DNA of 56,898 nucleotides. Origin: Minisyncoccia bacterium (lineage in GTDB: Bacteria > Patescibacteriota > Minisyncoccia > UBA6257). The position numbers and the translations under genes were made by a program. Numbering within the stretch: the stretch's first letter is position 1; every line of letters begins with the position of its first letter. Positions 36,705-46,415 of this stretch are shown here, one piece after another. The stretch is from contig JBMFSN010000002.1 in NCBI GenBank assembly GCA_049967535.1, positions 1 to 56,898 of the forward strand. The letters are read 5' to 3'. The notes beneath the pieces are model-generated. The model saw only the letters and a program-made list of their open reading frames with translations. It was not told where the DNA came from and ran no database searches.

Positions 36705-37400
36705 TTAATTCCATTGTTTAATGTCTAGGGCTCTTTGGGCGGCTTTTAATTCTGCTTCCTTTTTAGAAAATCCTTCCCCTTTAGCAATTAATTCTTCATT
36801 TAAATAAACTCCTACTTCAAATTGCTTATTGTGGTCTGGCCCCCAAGAAGATAAACTTTTATAAGTGGGAGTAATACCTAAAATTGCCTGGCTTCTTTCT
36901 TGGAATAAACTTTTGGCATCTTTATAAGAAGCTTCTTTTAAAATAGTTTCTGCTTTAGGAAGAATATTTTTTTCGATAAAAATTTTTGCCTCTTCTATTC
37001 CCTTATCTAAATACAAAGCTCCAATAATTGCCTCTATAGCATTAGCTAAAAGATAAGAATGACCTTTTTGAAGATCTCTAGCTTCTCCTTTAGAAACTAA
37101 GAGATATTTTTCTAACCCCAATTCTTGGGCTACTTTTAATAAGGCGTCACTGTTAACTAAAGCAGCTCTTAAACTGGTTAAATTTCCTTCTTGGAATTCG
37201 GGATATTTTTGAATAAGATAATCAGCTACAATAAACCCCAAAACAGAATCTCCTAAAAATTCTAATCTCTCGTTATAAGGAACGGGCCAATCTTTGTTCT
37301 CATTCAAAAACGAGCGGTGAGTTAAGGCCTCTTTTAATAAATCTAAGTTATGAAAAGGTAAATTCAGAGCTTGAGCTATTTTTTGAAAATCTTGAGTCAT
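36705..37400 (-). CDS. rnc: Ribonuclease III
   Basis: NERLEFLGDSVLG signature and a C-terminal dsRBD (GPDHNKQF...GFSKKEAELKAAQRAL). The start is set at Met42 (37400). Confidence 0.9.
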   Translation of the reverse strand: MTQDFQKIAQALNLPFHNLDLLKEALTHRSFLNENKDWPVPYNERLEFLGDSVLGFIVADYLIQKYPEFQEGNLTSLRAALVNSDALLKVAQELGLEKYLLVSKGEARDLQKGHSYLLANAIEAIIGALYLDKGIEEAKIFIEKNILPKAETILKEASYKDAKSLFQERSQAILGITPTYKSLSSWGPDHNKQFEVGVYLNEELIAKGEGFSKKEAELKAAQRALDIKQWN

Positions 37401-37422
37401 TATGATTACATAATTTCTTGCT

Positions 37423-37875
37423 TTAATGATCAATCTCATCTTTAGGAGAAAGGGTCTCTTCCATTTGACGATAGATAGTTCCCAAAACCCCATTAACAAA
37501 ACGACGAGAGGAATCGCCTCCAAAATTTTTGGCTAATTCTACTGCTTCATTGATGGCTACTTTAGAAGGAACTTCTTTTTGTTTTCCAAAAATAAGTTCA
37601 AAAATACCGATCCTTAAGACATTACGATCGATAATATTAATTTGTTCTATAGGCCATTCTGGAGCACCATTTTCTATTAATTGATTTAAATCTCCCCAAT
37701 GAGCCAAAATACCTTCTAAAAGATTTTTAGGGTAAGAATCATCCTCTAATCCCTGGCCAAGGTTATTTAAATTTCTTTCAAAAATAGATCGCACATCTTC
37801 ACCTTTTAAGTTGTGAAAGTCCCACTCATAAAGAGTTTGTAAAACAATGGAACGTGAAAGATGACGAGACCCCAT
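37423..37875 (-). CDS. nusB: Transcription antitermination factor NusB
   Basis: SRSIVLQTLYEWDF..., DRNVLRIGIFEL, INEAVELAKNFGGDSSRRFVNGVL. Confidence 0.85.
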   Translation of the reverse strand: MGSRHLSRSIVLQTLYEWDFHNLKGEDVRSIFERNLNNLGQGLEDDSYPKNLLEGILAHWGDLNQLIENGAPEWPIEQINIIDRNVLRIGIFELIFGKQKEVPSKVAINEAVELAKNFGGDSSRRFVNGVLGTIYRQMEETLSPKDEIDH

Positions 37876-37965
37876 ACCCCAAAACCTAAATTTTAAATTT
37901 TAAATTTTTAAATAATTTTTAAACAATAAATCTCTATAAAGTTTATATATTCCGAGGTTTTTCTT

Positions 37966-38193
37966 TTACTTTTTCATTTCTTTCTCTTTGATTTTCTTTT
38001 CTTTTTTTGTTAAGCCTTTATAAACATCAATCACTTGTTTCCCTTTATAATAGCCACAATAAGGACAGACTCGATGAGGCATAATTTCTCTTCCGCAATG
38101 AGGACATTTAACTAAAATAACTGGTTTGAGAGCCAGATGAGAACGCCCTTTATTAACTCGAGAACGAGAATGATGTCTTGCTGGTAAAGCCAT
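37966..38193 (-). CDS. rpmF: 50S ribosomal protein L32 (zinc-ribbon form with a Lys-rich C-terminal tail)
   Basis: MALPARHHSRSRVNKGRSH..CPHCG...CPYCGYYKG. The start is set at Met13 (38193). Confidence 0.85.
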   Translation of the reverse strand: MALPARHHSRSRVNKGRSHLALKPVILVKCPHCGREIMPHRVCPYCGYYKGKQVIDVYKGLTKKEKKIKEKEMKK

Positions 38194-38270
38194 AAATAAA
38201 TTTGAAATTTTAAATTTTAAGTGAATCAACAGCCTCTAAAAGGATAACATAAAAATGTCTTAAACACAAG

Positions 38271-41231
38271 TTAGATTTTTTCGAGATTAAAAGAAATCTT
38301 GTGTTCCTCGATCTCTCTTGCTTCTTCTATCCCCTGGTCAATAATTTTAATATTGATTTGTTTGGCGGCTGTTTCTTTTTGTAAATACCCTTGCCAACGT
38401 TGAAGCAATAAAAGAGTATCTTTCTCTAAAACCTCAAAATTAATTATAATAATATCTTTCGGGCTAAGATTTTGGGCCTTTCTTTCATCTTGAATTTGCC
38501 TTAATAATTCTCTTACAATTCCTTCTTCTTTTAATTCTGGAGTTAATTCAGTGTCAAGTTGAAAATCTGAATTTAGGTTTTGATCAAAAACAATCTTTTT
38601 AACATTAATTTCATCTTTTAAGATATCTAAGAGCGCCTCTTGATTAATAAATTTATCATCTTTAATTCTTAGTTCTGAAAGAGGTTGTCTAACCTTAATC
38701 CCCTTTTCTTGCCTAATACTTAAAGTCTGGGTAGCCATAGTTCTTAACTCATCCATTAAAAGCAGAAGGTCGTTCTGTAAATATTTTTCTTCCCCTTTGG
38801 GATACTCCGCTAAGTGGACACTTTCTTCTTCTGTTTGAAGTTTCAATTCCTGCCAAAGAATTTCAGAGAAAAAAGGGCAGAAAGGAGCTAAAAGAAGGGC
38901 CAGCTCTTTTAAGACCTTTTTTAGAACTAAAGAACTAATTTGCCACTCTTTTATGTTTTCTGGTTTTTGAAAGACCCGGCGAGAGCGCCTTAAGTACCAA
39001 CGAGATAAATCATCAACAAATTCATCTATGTCTTTGGCGGCTTCAAAAACAAGATAATGATCTAAATAATTAGTAACCGAGTTTTTAACTTTTTCTAAGT
39101 CCGCTAAGATCCATTGATTTAAAATAGAGAGATCTTCTTTTTCTATTTCTTTTCCATTTATTTCTTCTGAAGCATAAGTTTGATAAAAAACTAAAACATT
39201 CCAAATAGTATTTAGAAATCTTCTTTGAGTAACTAACAAATCATTTTCGGCAAATCTTTTTTCTTCGCCAGGCTGATTAATGGTATAAAAATACCAACGC
39301 AATGAATCGCTCCCATATTTTTCAATAATCTCCATCGGTTTTACTACATTACCTTTTGATTTAGACATTTTTTCTCCCTTAGCATCTAAAATTAACCCCA
39401 GGCTAATAACATTTTTATAGCTAGGACCTAAGCCTAAAAGAGTAGAAATAGCTAAAAGAGTATAAAACCAACCTCGGGTTTGGTCTACCGCTTCACAAAT
39501 ATAATCTGCCGGAAAAGGAATCTTGCTTAATAACTCATTTGGAGATGTTTGTTCATTAATTTTATCCGTTTGGTCAAAGGGAAAATGCCATTGACTATAA
39601 GGCATAGAGCCGGAATCAAACCAACAATCTATTACTTCTTTTCTTCTCTTCATTAAAGCACCGCATTGAGGACATTTTATTTGGATATCATCAACAAAAG
39701 GTCGATGCAAATCAATTTGGCCTTTATCATTATAAGGCAATTGATGATTTAAAGATTTTTCTTCTAATTCTTTTATAGAACCAATAACTTCATAATGCCC
39801 GCAAGATTCACATTCCCAAACATTCAAGGGAGTGCCCCAGTAACGATTACGAGACAAAGCCCAGTCTTTATTATCTTTTAACCACTGACCAAATCTTCCT
39901 TCCTTAATATATTCTGGAACCCAGTTAATTTGCTCATTATTTTTTATTAATTCCTCTTTTACTTGAGAAGTTTTAATATACCAAGCTTCGAAAGCATAAT
40001 ATAATAAAGGAGTATGGCAACGCCAACAAAAAGGATACTCATGGGTGGTACCTTTTAAGTCTCCAAATAAAAGTAGATTTCTCGTAAGGAGATTTTGAAA
40101 AACAAGAGGATCTGCTTCTTTAAAAAACATTCCCTTTAAACCAGAAAGTCCTTTAGGGTCTTCCAAAAAATTACCTTTATCATCAATGTTTTTAATAAAA
40201 GCTAAACCAGCTATTTTAGATAATCTCATATCATCTTCTCCAAAAGCTGGTGCTATATGAACTAACCCTGTCCCCTCTTCCAAAGAAACAAAATCAGCAG
40301 CCACTACTTCATACTTCTTTTTTGTTTCTCCTTCCTTGAAAGAATATTCAAATAAAGGTTGATATTTTTCTCCTATAAGCTCTTTGCCTTTTATTTCTCC
40401 AATAGGCTGAAAGCCTTCTTGGGGTGGAGTAACATAGCTTATTAAAATTTCATTATCTTTTTGCCATAATTTATAACGAATGTCAGGATTAACAGCCACA
40501 GCTACGTTAGCAGGCAATGTCCAAGGAGTTGTTGTCCAAACCAAAAGAAAAATTTTAAATTTTAAATTTTTAATTTTTAATGATTTTAATAAAGAAGTAT
40601 TAGGATCACTGATTTCAAATTTAATATAAAGAGATGGGTCTTGAACTGTTTCGTAACCCTGAGATACTTCATGACTTGAGAGAGGCGTTCCACAACGAGG
40701 ACAGTAAGGCAAAACTTTATAGTCTTTATATAAAAGGCTTTTTTTATCAATTTGCTTTAAGAGCCACCAAATAGTTTCAATATAATTAGTCTCAAAAGTA
40801 ATATAAGGATGTTGGGTATCAATCCAATACCCCATTCTCTCTGTCAAACGCTCCCATTCTTCTTTGTATTTCCAAACTGATTCTTTAGCTTTTTGATTAA
40901 ATTCCTTAATACCATATTTTTCGATATCAGTTTTATTTTTAAAGCCCAGCTCTTTTTCTACCTCTAGCTCTACAGGTAAACCATGGGTATCCCAACCAGC
41001 TTTTCTTTCAACCAAAAAACCCTTCATGGTTTTATAACGGCAAATCAAATCTTTAAAAGAACGAGCTAAAACATGATGAATACCTGGTTGTCCATTGGCG
41101 GTGGGAGGACCTTCGTAAAAAATAAAAGGCTGAGATGCTTTACGTCTTTCTATACTTTTTTCAAAAATTTTATTATTTTTCCAAAATTGAAGAACTTCTT
41201 CCTCTTTTTTAACAAATTTTAAATCTGCCAT
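38271..41231 (-). CDS. ileS: Isoleucyl-tRNA synthetase
   Basis: HIGH-type motif PPTANGQPGIHHVLAR, editing-domain WTTTPWTLPAN, KMSKSKGN; 986 aa. Confidence 0.95.
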   Translation of the reverse strand: MADLKFVKKEEEVLQFWKNNKIFEKSIERRKASQPFIFYEGPPTANGQPGIHHVLARSFKDLICRYKTMKGFLVERKAGWDTHGLPVELEVEKELGFKNKTDIEKYGIKEFNQKAKESVWKYKEEWERLTERMGYWIDTQHPYITFETNYIETIWWLLKQIDKKSLLYKDYKVLPYCPRCGTPLSSHEVSQGYETVQDPSLYIKFEISDPNTSLLKSLKIKNLKFKIFLLVWTTTPWTLPANVAVAVNPDIRYKLWQKDNEILISYVTPPQEGFQPIGEIKGKELIGEKYQPLFEYSFKEGETKKKYEVVAADFVSLEEGTGLVHIAPAFGEDDMRLSKIAGLAFIKNIDDKGNFLEDPKGLSGLKGMFFKEADPLVFQNLLTRNLLLFGDLKGTTHEYPFCWRCHTPLLYYAFEAWYIKTSQVKEELIKNNEQINWVPEYIKEGRFGQWLKDNKDWALSRNRYWGTPLNVWECESCGHYEVIGSIKELEEKSLNHQLPYNDKGQIDLHRPFVDDIQIKCPQCGALMKRRKEVIDCWFDSGSMPYSQWHFPFDQTDKINEQTSPNELLSKIPFPADYICEAVDQTRGWFYTLLAISTLLGLGPSYKNVISLGLILDAKGEKMSKSKGNVVKPMEIIEKYGSDSLRWYFYTINQPGEEKRFAENDLLVTQRRFLNTIWNVLVFYQTYASEEINGKEIEKEDLSILNQWILADLEKVKNSVTNYLDHYLVFEAAKDIDEFVDDLSRWYLRRSRRVFQKPENIKEWQISSLVLKKVLKELALLLAPFCPFFSEILWQELKLQTEEESVHLAEYPKGEEKYLQNDLLLLMDELRTMATQTLSIRQEKGIKVRQPLSELRIKDDKFINQEALLDILKDEINVKKIVFDQNLNSDFQLDTELTPELKEEGIVRELLRQIQDERKAQNLSPKDIIIINFEVLEKDTLLLLQRWQGYLQKETAAKQINIKIIDQGIEEAREIEEHKISFNLEKI

Positions 41232-41285
41232 GGTTTTAATAATTTCCTTAAAAAGTTAATAGTATGATATAATAAAAATAATTTT

Positions 41286-41753
41286 ATGGCAAGAAAAAAT
41301 TTTCAAATTGACTTAGTCGCTAATAAAAAAGCCTATTTTGATTATGAGATAATAGAGAAATTTGAAGCGGGTATTGTTCTTACTGGTTTGGAAGTCAAAT
41401 CATTAAAACAAAGCCAAGCTAGCCTGAATGGTGCCTATGTGGTTATTAAAAACCACCAGGCTTTTTTATTAAATGCCACTATTTCTCCCTATCAACCAGC
41501 TAACACTCCTAGTAATTATCAGCCTCAGGCTACCAGAAAACTTCTTTTAAAAAGACAAGAAATTGAGTCGCTCTCTCGTAAAACGCACGAACATGGGTTG
41601 ACTTTAATCCCCCTTAAGGTATATAATAAAAATGGTCTTTTAAAATTAGAATTTGCTTTAGTAAAAGGAAAAAAGAAATTTGATAAAAGAGAAACGATTA
41701 AGAAACGAGAAGGGCAAAGAAAAATAGAAAAAGCCCAAAAAGGAATATACTGA
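41286..41753 (+). CDS. smpB: SsrA-binding protein SmpB
   Basis: NKKAYFDYEI..EAGIVLTGLEVKSL, with a basic C-terminal tail; lies immediately upstream of the tmRNA gene. Confidence 0.9.
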   Translation: MARKNFQIDLVANKKAYFDYEIIEKFEAGIVLTGLEVKSLKQSQASLNGAYVVIKNHQAFLLNATISPYQPANTPSNYQPQATRKLLLKRQEIESLSRKTHEHGLTLIPLKVYNKNGLLKLEFALVKGKKKFDKRETIKKREGQRKIEKAQKGIY

Positions 41754-41763
41754 ATATTATTTT

Positions 41764-42134
41764 GGGGATGTTCGGACTTGATAGGAAGGAATTTCTTAAA
41801 ATGCGAACTGAGGATGCTTCGTTAGCTCATTAAAATCGAAGCGGCAATTAAATGCCAATCGAATTCCTGCTTATGCTTTTGCCTAGTAGCAGAGCATGAG
41901 TTTTCCTCTTTTAAGAGGAATCTCTTTGGTTGATTCTCAATAAATCAAAGGGATCAAAACATTGAGATAGATAAAAGTTAGCTTACTCCTCTAATTTTTA
42001 TCAAATTTTTAGGAGTAATTTTAAGAATAAGTTTGTTCAGTTTCTTTTCTTAAAATCTTAAAACTGAACTATGTTCGTAGATTTCTTAAGAATGAACTTT
42101 CTAGACGCGGGTTCAATTCCCGCCATCTCCACCC
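41764..42134 (+). ncRNA. ssrA: tmRNA (SsrA)
   Basis: The 5' GGGGATGTTCGGACTTGATAGG pairs with the 3' tRNA-like end GACGCGGGTTCAATTCCCGCCATCTCCACC. The tag ORF GCC AAT CGA ATT CCT GCT TAT GCT TTT GCC TAG TAG (41854-41889) encodes ANRIPAYAFA followed by two stops. Confidence 0.9.
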
Positions 42135-42196
42135 CCGAACCATAACAAACAATAATAAATTTTTAAACTTTAAAAAAATTTAATCAATAAACTACC

Positions 42197-42673
42197 TTGC
42201 AGCCTAAAGAAATTCGTCTCATTGGAACAGAGGGCAAATTAATTGGTATTATGCCCTACGAAGAAGCTCTCTTAAAAGCAAAAGAAGCTAATCTTGATTT
42301 GATTCCCATTAGTGAAAAAGCTAATCCGCCTGTTTATAAGCTAGGAGATTCTACTAAAGCTAAATACGAAAAAGAGAAAAAGCAAAAATTGCAAAAACTT
42401 AAGGGAAAACAAGCAGCTCCTAAATCAATCAGAATTGGTTTTAACGAAAGCGAGCACGACCTTCTTACTAAAATAAAAAAAATTGAGGAGTTTCTGGAAG
42501 ATGGTAGAATGGTGAACATCGAAATGCGGTTACGGGGGCGAGAAAAGGCCCATATCGATTTGGCAAGATCAAAAATAGAAAATTTTTTGACTTTTATCAC
42601 AATTTCTTATAAAATTATTCAGCCCTTGAAAAAATATCCTCAAGGTTTTATTATGACTTTAAAGAAAAATTAA
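42197..42673 (+). CDS. infC: Translation initiation factor IF-3
   Basis: IRLIGTEGKLIGIMPYEEALLKAKEANLDLIPIS.. and the C-domain. TTG is the only possible start codon after the in-frame TAA at 42188-42190. Confidence 0.9.
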   Translation: MQPKEIRLIGTEGKLIGIMPYEEALLKAKEANLDLIPISEKANPPVYKLGDSTKAKYEKEKKQKLQKLKGKQAAPKSIRIGFNESEHDLLTKIKKIEEFLEDGRMVNIEMRLRGREKAHIDLARSKIENFLTFITISYKIIQPLKKYPQGFIMTLKKN

Positions 42674-42676
42674 CCC

Positions 42677-42853
42677 ATGACTAAAAAAGCCTATCTTAAA
42701 AGAGTAAAAATTACTAAAACTGGTAAAGTTTTAAGAAGAACTGGCCATCAAGGTCATAACCAAGCAAAAGAAACTCCCAAAGTAAAACGACAAAGAAGGA
42801 AAATTGTTTCTTTTTCTGCCTATGCAAAAAAAATTAAACGAGATACTTTTTAA
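42677..42853 (+). CDS. rpmI: 50S ribosomal protein L35
   Basis: Too short for the ORF track. My own translation is MTKKAYLKRVKITKTGKVLRRTGHQGHNQAKETPKVKRQRRKIVSFSAYAKKIKRDTF (58 aa). It sits in the canonical infC-rpmI-rplT order. Confidence 0.85.
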   Translation: MTKKAYLKRVKITKTGKVLRRTGHQGHNQAKETPKVKRQRRKIVSFSAYAKKIKRDTF

Positions 42854-42858
42854 TTATT

Positions 42859-43206
42859 ATGGCAAGAGTAAAACGAGGAACAATCGCTAATAAGAGAAGA
42901 AAAAACTTGTTAAAAAATACCAAGGGTTTTCGTTATGGTCGAAAAACTAAATATCGCGCTGCCAAAGAAGCCCTCCTTCATGCCTGGACCCACGCTTTTA
43001 AAGATCGCCGAAGGAAAAAGAGAGAAAAAAGACAATTATGGGATATTAAAATTAATGCCGCCGCTAGAGAGTTAGGTACCACTTATCAAAAACTTATTAC
43101 TCAATTAATAAAAAATAATATTAAACTCGACCGCAAAATTTTAGCCAACTTAGCAGAAAATCAACCTCAAGTATTTAAACAAATAGTTAAAGAAACAGAA
43201 AAATAA
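42859..43206 (+). CDS. rplT: 50S ribosomal protein L20
   Basis: MARVKRGTIANKRRKNLLKNTKGFRYGRK..., typical L20. Confidence 0.95.
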   Translation: MARVKRGTIANKRRKNLLKNTKGFRYGRKTKYRAAKEALLHAWTHAFKDRRRKKREKRQLWDIKINAAARELGTTYQKLITQLIKNNIKLDRKILANLAENQPQVFKQIVKETEK

Positions 43207-43215
43207 AATAAAATT

Positions 43216-43245
43216 AAAAACCCTTCAATAATGAAGGGTTTTTAA
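43216..43245. terminator. Bidirectional intrinsic terminator between rplT (+) and the convergent membrane gene (-)
   Basis: AAAAACCCTTCA-ataa-TGAAGGGTTTTT, with A/T runs on both sides. Confidence 0.7.
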
Positions 43246-43249
43246 TTTG

Positions 43250-43894
43250 CTAAGTTTTAAAGGGAAAGTAATATTCCAGAGGAACTTTCTTTTTACTAAC
43301 AAAATATTTTTTGAGAGAAAGAAGAATAAGTAAACTAATGGCCTGGCAAATAGTCACAAAAAGAAAAATTAAAGGAAAGCCAAAAATTAAAGCCAAGGAG
43401 CTGCCAATTAAAATAGCCAAAGCTGAGCCTAAATTAAAGCCTGTGCTATTTAAGGCCCATTCAAAACTTACTCTTTTAGGATTAATGTATCGAGTAAAAA
43501 TAGCATTCCAAGGTGGCACATATAAAGAATCAGCGATACCATAAATAAAGAAAATAAAATATAATTCACCTGTAGTTTTAGACAAAAGTAAGGATAGAGG
43601 AACAACCATATCAAGAAATTGACCCAAAAGTAAAGTAAAATAATCATCCGCTTCCCCCTCCACTCTATCTAAATAGTCAGAAATAAATATTTGAAATAAG
43701 CCTTTTACTACCCAATAAATAAAATAACAAATCCCCACTGCCTGAATAGAGCCTCCTTTTACGGTATTTATCACATAAACAGCAAAAATAGGGCTAATAA
43801 AAGCCCAGCCAGTTAAAGCAAGAATATTACTTATCATCAAATTTTTCACCACGGGGTGCATTTTTTGTTTAAATAATTCTCGAATTTTGACCAT
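43250..43894 (-). CDS. Six-helix membrane protein (half-MFS-like), function unknown
   Basis: ORF track; hydrophobic helices throughout. It starts 4 nt after the stop of the upstream Clp-like ATPase. Confidence 0.6.
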   Translation of the reverse strand: MVKIRELFKQKMHPVVKNLMISNILALTGWAFISPIFAVYVINTVKGGSIQAVGICYFIYWVVKGLFQIFISDYLDRVEGEADDYFTLLLGQFLDMVVPLSLLLSKTTGELYFIFFIYGIADSLYVPPWNAIFTRYINPKRVSFEWALNSTGFNLGSALAILIGSSLALIFGFPLIFLFVTICQAISLLILLSLKKYFVSKKKVPLEYYFPFKT

Positions 43895-43898
43895 ATTT

Positions 43899-46415
43899 TT
43901 AACTTAATATTTTAAATTCATTATCTTGGTAGACAAAACGAACATGACTATTGGACTGAATTTCATTTTTTAAAATACCTTCTGCCAAGGGATCTTTTAT
44001 AAAATGACGAATAACGGCATCTAGGGGCCTGGCTCCAAAAATAGGATTATAACCTAGTTGAGCAATTTTATTAATAATTGACTCATCAAAATCAATTTCT
44101 ATTTTTTTATTCTCTAAAATCTGGGCTAAGTTATCTAATTTTAATCTCACGATCTGTTTTAAGTTATCTTCTGATAAGGGGCGAAAGACAACTATCTCAT
44201 CAAAACGGTTCAAAAGTTCTGGTTTAAAATAATTGGTTAATTTTTTCTTTAAATCATCGGTTAATTGACGAAAAGAAGTGCCTTTCTCTATCTGGTCTTT
44301 AATAAAATCTGATAAAGCATTGGAAGTGGCAATAATAATAGTATTAGTAAAATTAATAGTTTGTCCTAAATTATCAGTCAACCTTCCTTCATCAAACAAA
44401 GGAAGAAAAAGGTCTAAAACCTTGGGATTGGCTTTTTCAAACTCATCTAAAAGAATTAGAGAAAAAGGTTTCACCTTTACTGCTTCAGTTAAAACTCCAC
44501 TGGTTTCCCCTTCCGGGCTACCAATAAAACGAGAAACTCCTCGTTGGTCCTGAAACTCCGACATATCAAAACGAATCATCATTTTTTCATCTCCAAAATA
44601 AATCTTAGCTAAAATTTTCGATAGTTCAGTTTTTCCTACTCCTGTTGGGCCAACAAAAAGAAATACCCCAATGGGCTTATTGGGATTAGCCAAACCAGCA
44701 CGGTATTGTCTTAAAGCAGCAGAGACTAATTGAACAGCTTCTTCTTGGTTAATAAAGGATTGATGAATATATGTTTCTAAATTTAGTAATCTTTCTGCCT
44801 CTTCCCCTTTTGAGTCCTCTAGAGGAATACTAGTTTTTACGCTTACTAAATCAACAATATCTTGCTCTTTAACAAAGCGAATATTTTTTTGCCGCGCTCC
44901 TTCTATTGCTTCAGTAATTAAAGATTCAGCTGAGGAGGGTAAAGGTATATTGGTTAAAAAACGTTGAGCTAACATTACTGCCCTTTTAATCGCCTGATAA
45001 CTTACTTGGACTCTAGAATCTTTTTTCCATTTGAGAGAATTAAAAGCCAAAATCTGAATAGCTTCTTTTAAGGACACCTCTTCTACTCTAATGATTTCAA
45101 AGGCTTCTTGGATATTGGAGTCTTGCTCTAAATAATGATGATAATCTTCTAAGGTGCTAGTAGCAATGACAGGGGTTTGTTGATTATCAAAAAGTGATTT
45201 GAGTATTTCTAAGGCACTTAATCCCCCTTCCTGAATTAATAATTTATAATTATGAAGTTGGGGTAAATACAAAATAATATCCCGGTTGATAGAAATCTCA
45301 CTAACTATTTTGGTTAATCGATTACAAGCCTCAAAAGGTGTTTGAGTATCTTTAAAAAGAGAAGAAAACGGAAGGGCAATAAGGCGATAATCTCTTAGCT
45401 GGGGACTAATATCATTTCTGGCTAAATGGTAAGCCAAATAAGAAACAATGGTTTCTTTACCAATTCCAGCAGGGCCAAGCAATAAAACATTCTTTTTACC
45501 TTGACGAGATAAAATATTTACCAAAGTGGCATATTCTTTTAAATGACCAATCATTATTCCAATTTTCATTTTCTCGGCTAATTCAGTAAAATCTATCCCA
45601 AAACTATCAAGAAGAGGAGTAGGCCGAGAGGTAAAAGATCTGTTTACCCTTACTTTTTGAGGGCGAAAAAGAGGAACATTTAGATCACTTAAACCAGAAA
45701 TAAGTTCTATTTGTCTTTGATGAGACAAAATATTCATGGAAAAAGCAACAAGTAAATCTGTTTTATCTAAGCCTAAACTATTTAAAAGGCTAGCTATAAA
45801 ATTATCATCTAAATTGTATAAACCCAACATCAAACTATAAAAGTCCAGAGAGCTTCTTTTTAGTTGTTGAGCTTCTGCAAGAGATACTCGGAAAAAATTA
45901 AGAAAAAAATTATAGGCGTTAAAAGCATTGTCAGGAGCAGAAGAGGTTGTTTCAAGAATTTTTTTATCAAATTCTCGTATTTCTTCTGGGGTAAAATCAA
46001 GATAATTTAAAGCATTAATAATCTCTTGCCTTTTTAAAAGATAAAATAGACAAGCCACAGATAAAGAGAGATTCTTTTTTTTACTTAAGACCTGAGCCTC
46101 AATAAGAAGGTCTTTTACTTGGGGTAAAAGAAAGGAAGCTAAGTTAACTTTCTTTTTATTTAGATAATAATCCGTTAAGGAAAAATCTGAAAAATTTTTT
46201 TTAATAAATACAAAAATAAAAAAGAGTAGGCCTAATATTCCAAGATAAAAATATTTTTTAACATCGAGAAAAACAAAAGAAAGAGAAATGAAAAGACCAA
46301 AAAACAAAAATACCTGGAAAATTACTCGATACAAAAACTGTTTCCATCTAGGCCAAAATAAATAAGGATCTTTTAAGTAAAAATTTGGTTGGTTCATTTT
46401 ATTAAATTCCAACAA
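43899..46415 (-). CDS. Membrane-anchored Clp/Hsp100-family AAA+ ATPase with a degenerate first nucleotide-binding domain
   Basis: Two N-terminal TM helices. D1 has GPAGIGKE in place of GxxGxGKT and ILYLPQLHNY in place of hhhhDE. D2 is intact ([38 protein letters not shown]). There is no ClpB-type M-domain. Confidence 0.8.
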   Translation of the reverse strand: MLEFNKMNQPNFYLKDPYLFWPRWKQFLYRVIFQVFLFFGLFISLSFVFLDVKKYFYLGILGLLFFIFVFIKKNFSDFSLTDYYLNKKKVNLASFLLPQVKDLLIEAQVLSKKKNLSLSVACLFYLLKRQEIINALNYLDFTPEEIREFDKKILETTSSAPDNAFNAYNFFLNFFRVSLAEAQQLKRSSLDFYSLMLGLYNLDDNFIASLLNSLGLDKTDLLVAFSMNILSHQRQIELISGLSDLNVPLFRPQKVRVNRSFTSRPTPLLDSFGIDFTELAEKMKIGIMIGHLKEYATLVNILSRQGKKNVLLLGPAGIGKETIVSYLAYHLARNDISPQLRDYRLIALPFSSLFKDTQTPFEACNRLTKIVSEISINRDIILYLPQLHNYKLLIQEGGLSALEILKSLFDNQQTPVIATSTLEDYHHYLEQDSNIQEAFEIIRVEEVSLKEAIQILAFNSLKWKKDSRVQVSYQAIKRAVMLAQRFLTNIPLPSSAESLITEAIEGARQKNIRFVKEQDIVDLVSVKTSIPLEDSKGEEAERLLNLETYIHQSFINQEEAVQLVSAALRQYRAGLANPNKPIGVFLFVGPTGVGKTELSKILAKIYFGDEKMMIRFDMSEFQDQRGVSRFIGSPEGETSGVLTEAVKVKPFSLILLDEFEKANPKVLDLFLPLFDEGRLTDNLGQTINFTNTIIIATSNALSDFIKDQIEKGTSFRQLTDDLKKKLTNYFKPELLNRFDEIVVFRPLSEDNLKQIVRLKLDNLAQILENKKIEIDFDESIINKIAQLGYNPIFGARPLDAVIRHFIKDPLAEGILKNEIQSNSHVRFVYQDNEFKILS

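Noticed and set aside
40545-40595. Idea that an (AAAAATT)n motif is an in-frame mini-insertion element. The 19-mer ATTAAAAATTAAAAATTTA occurs in-frame in ileS (encoding KSLKIKNLKFKIF), in trmD at about 33391-33430 (KSLKLKIKNLYY), and in the spacer at about 3664-3690.
   Set aside because: The motif is pure low-complexity A/T heptamer repeat that can arise independently by slippage in an AT-rich genome. The ileS segment falls in a region of naturally variable length. Shared Lys/Ile/Asn/Leu codons are what any frame of such a repeat gives. Not enough evidence for a Rickettsia-RPE-like element.
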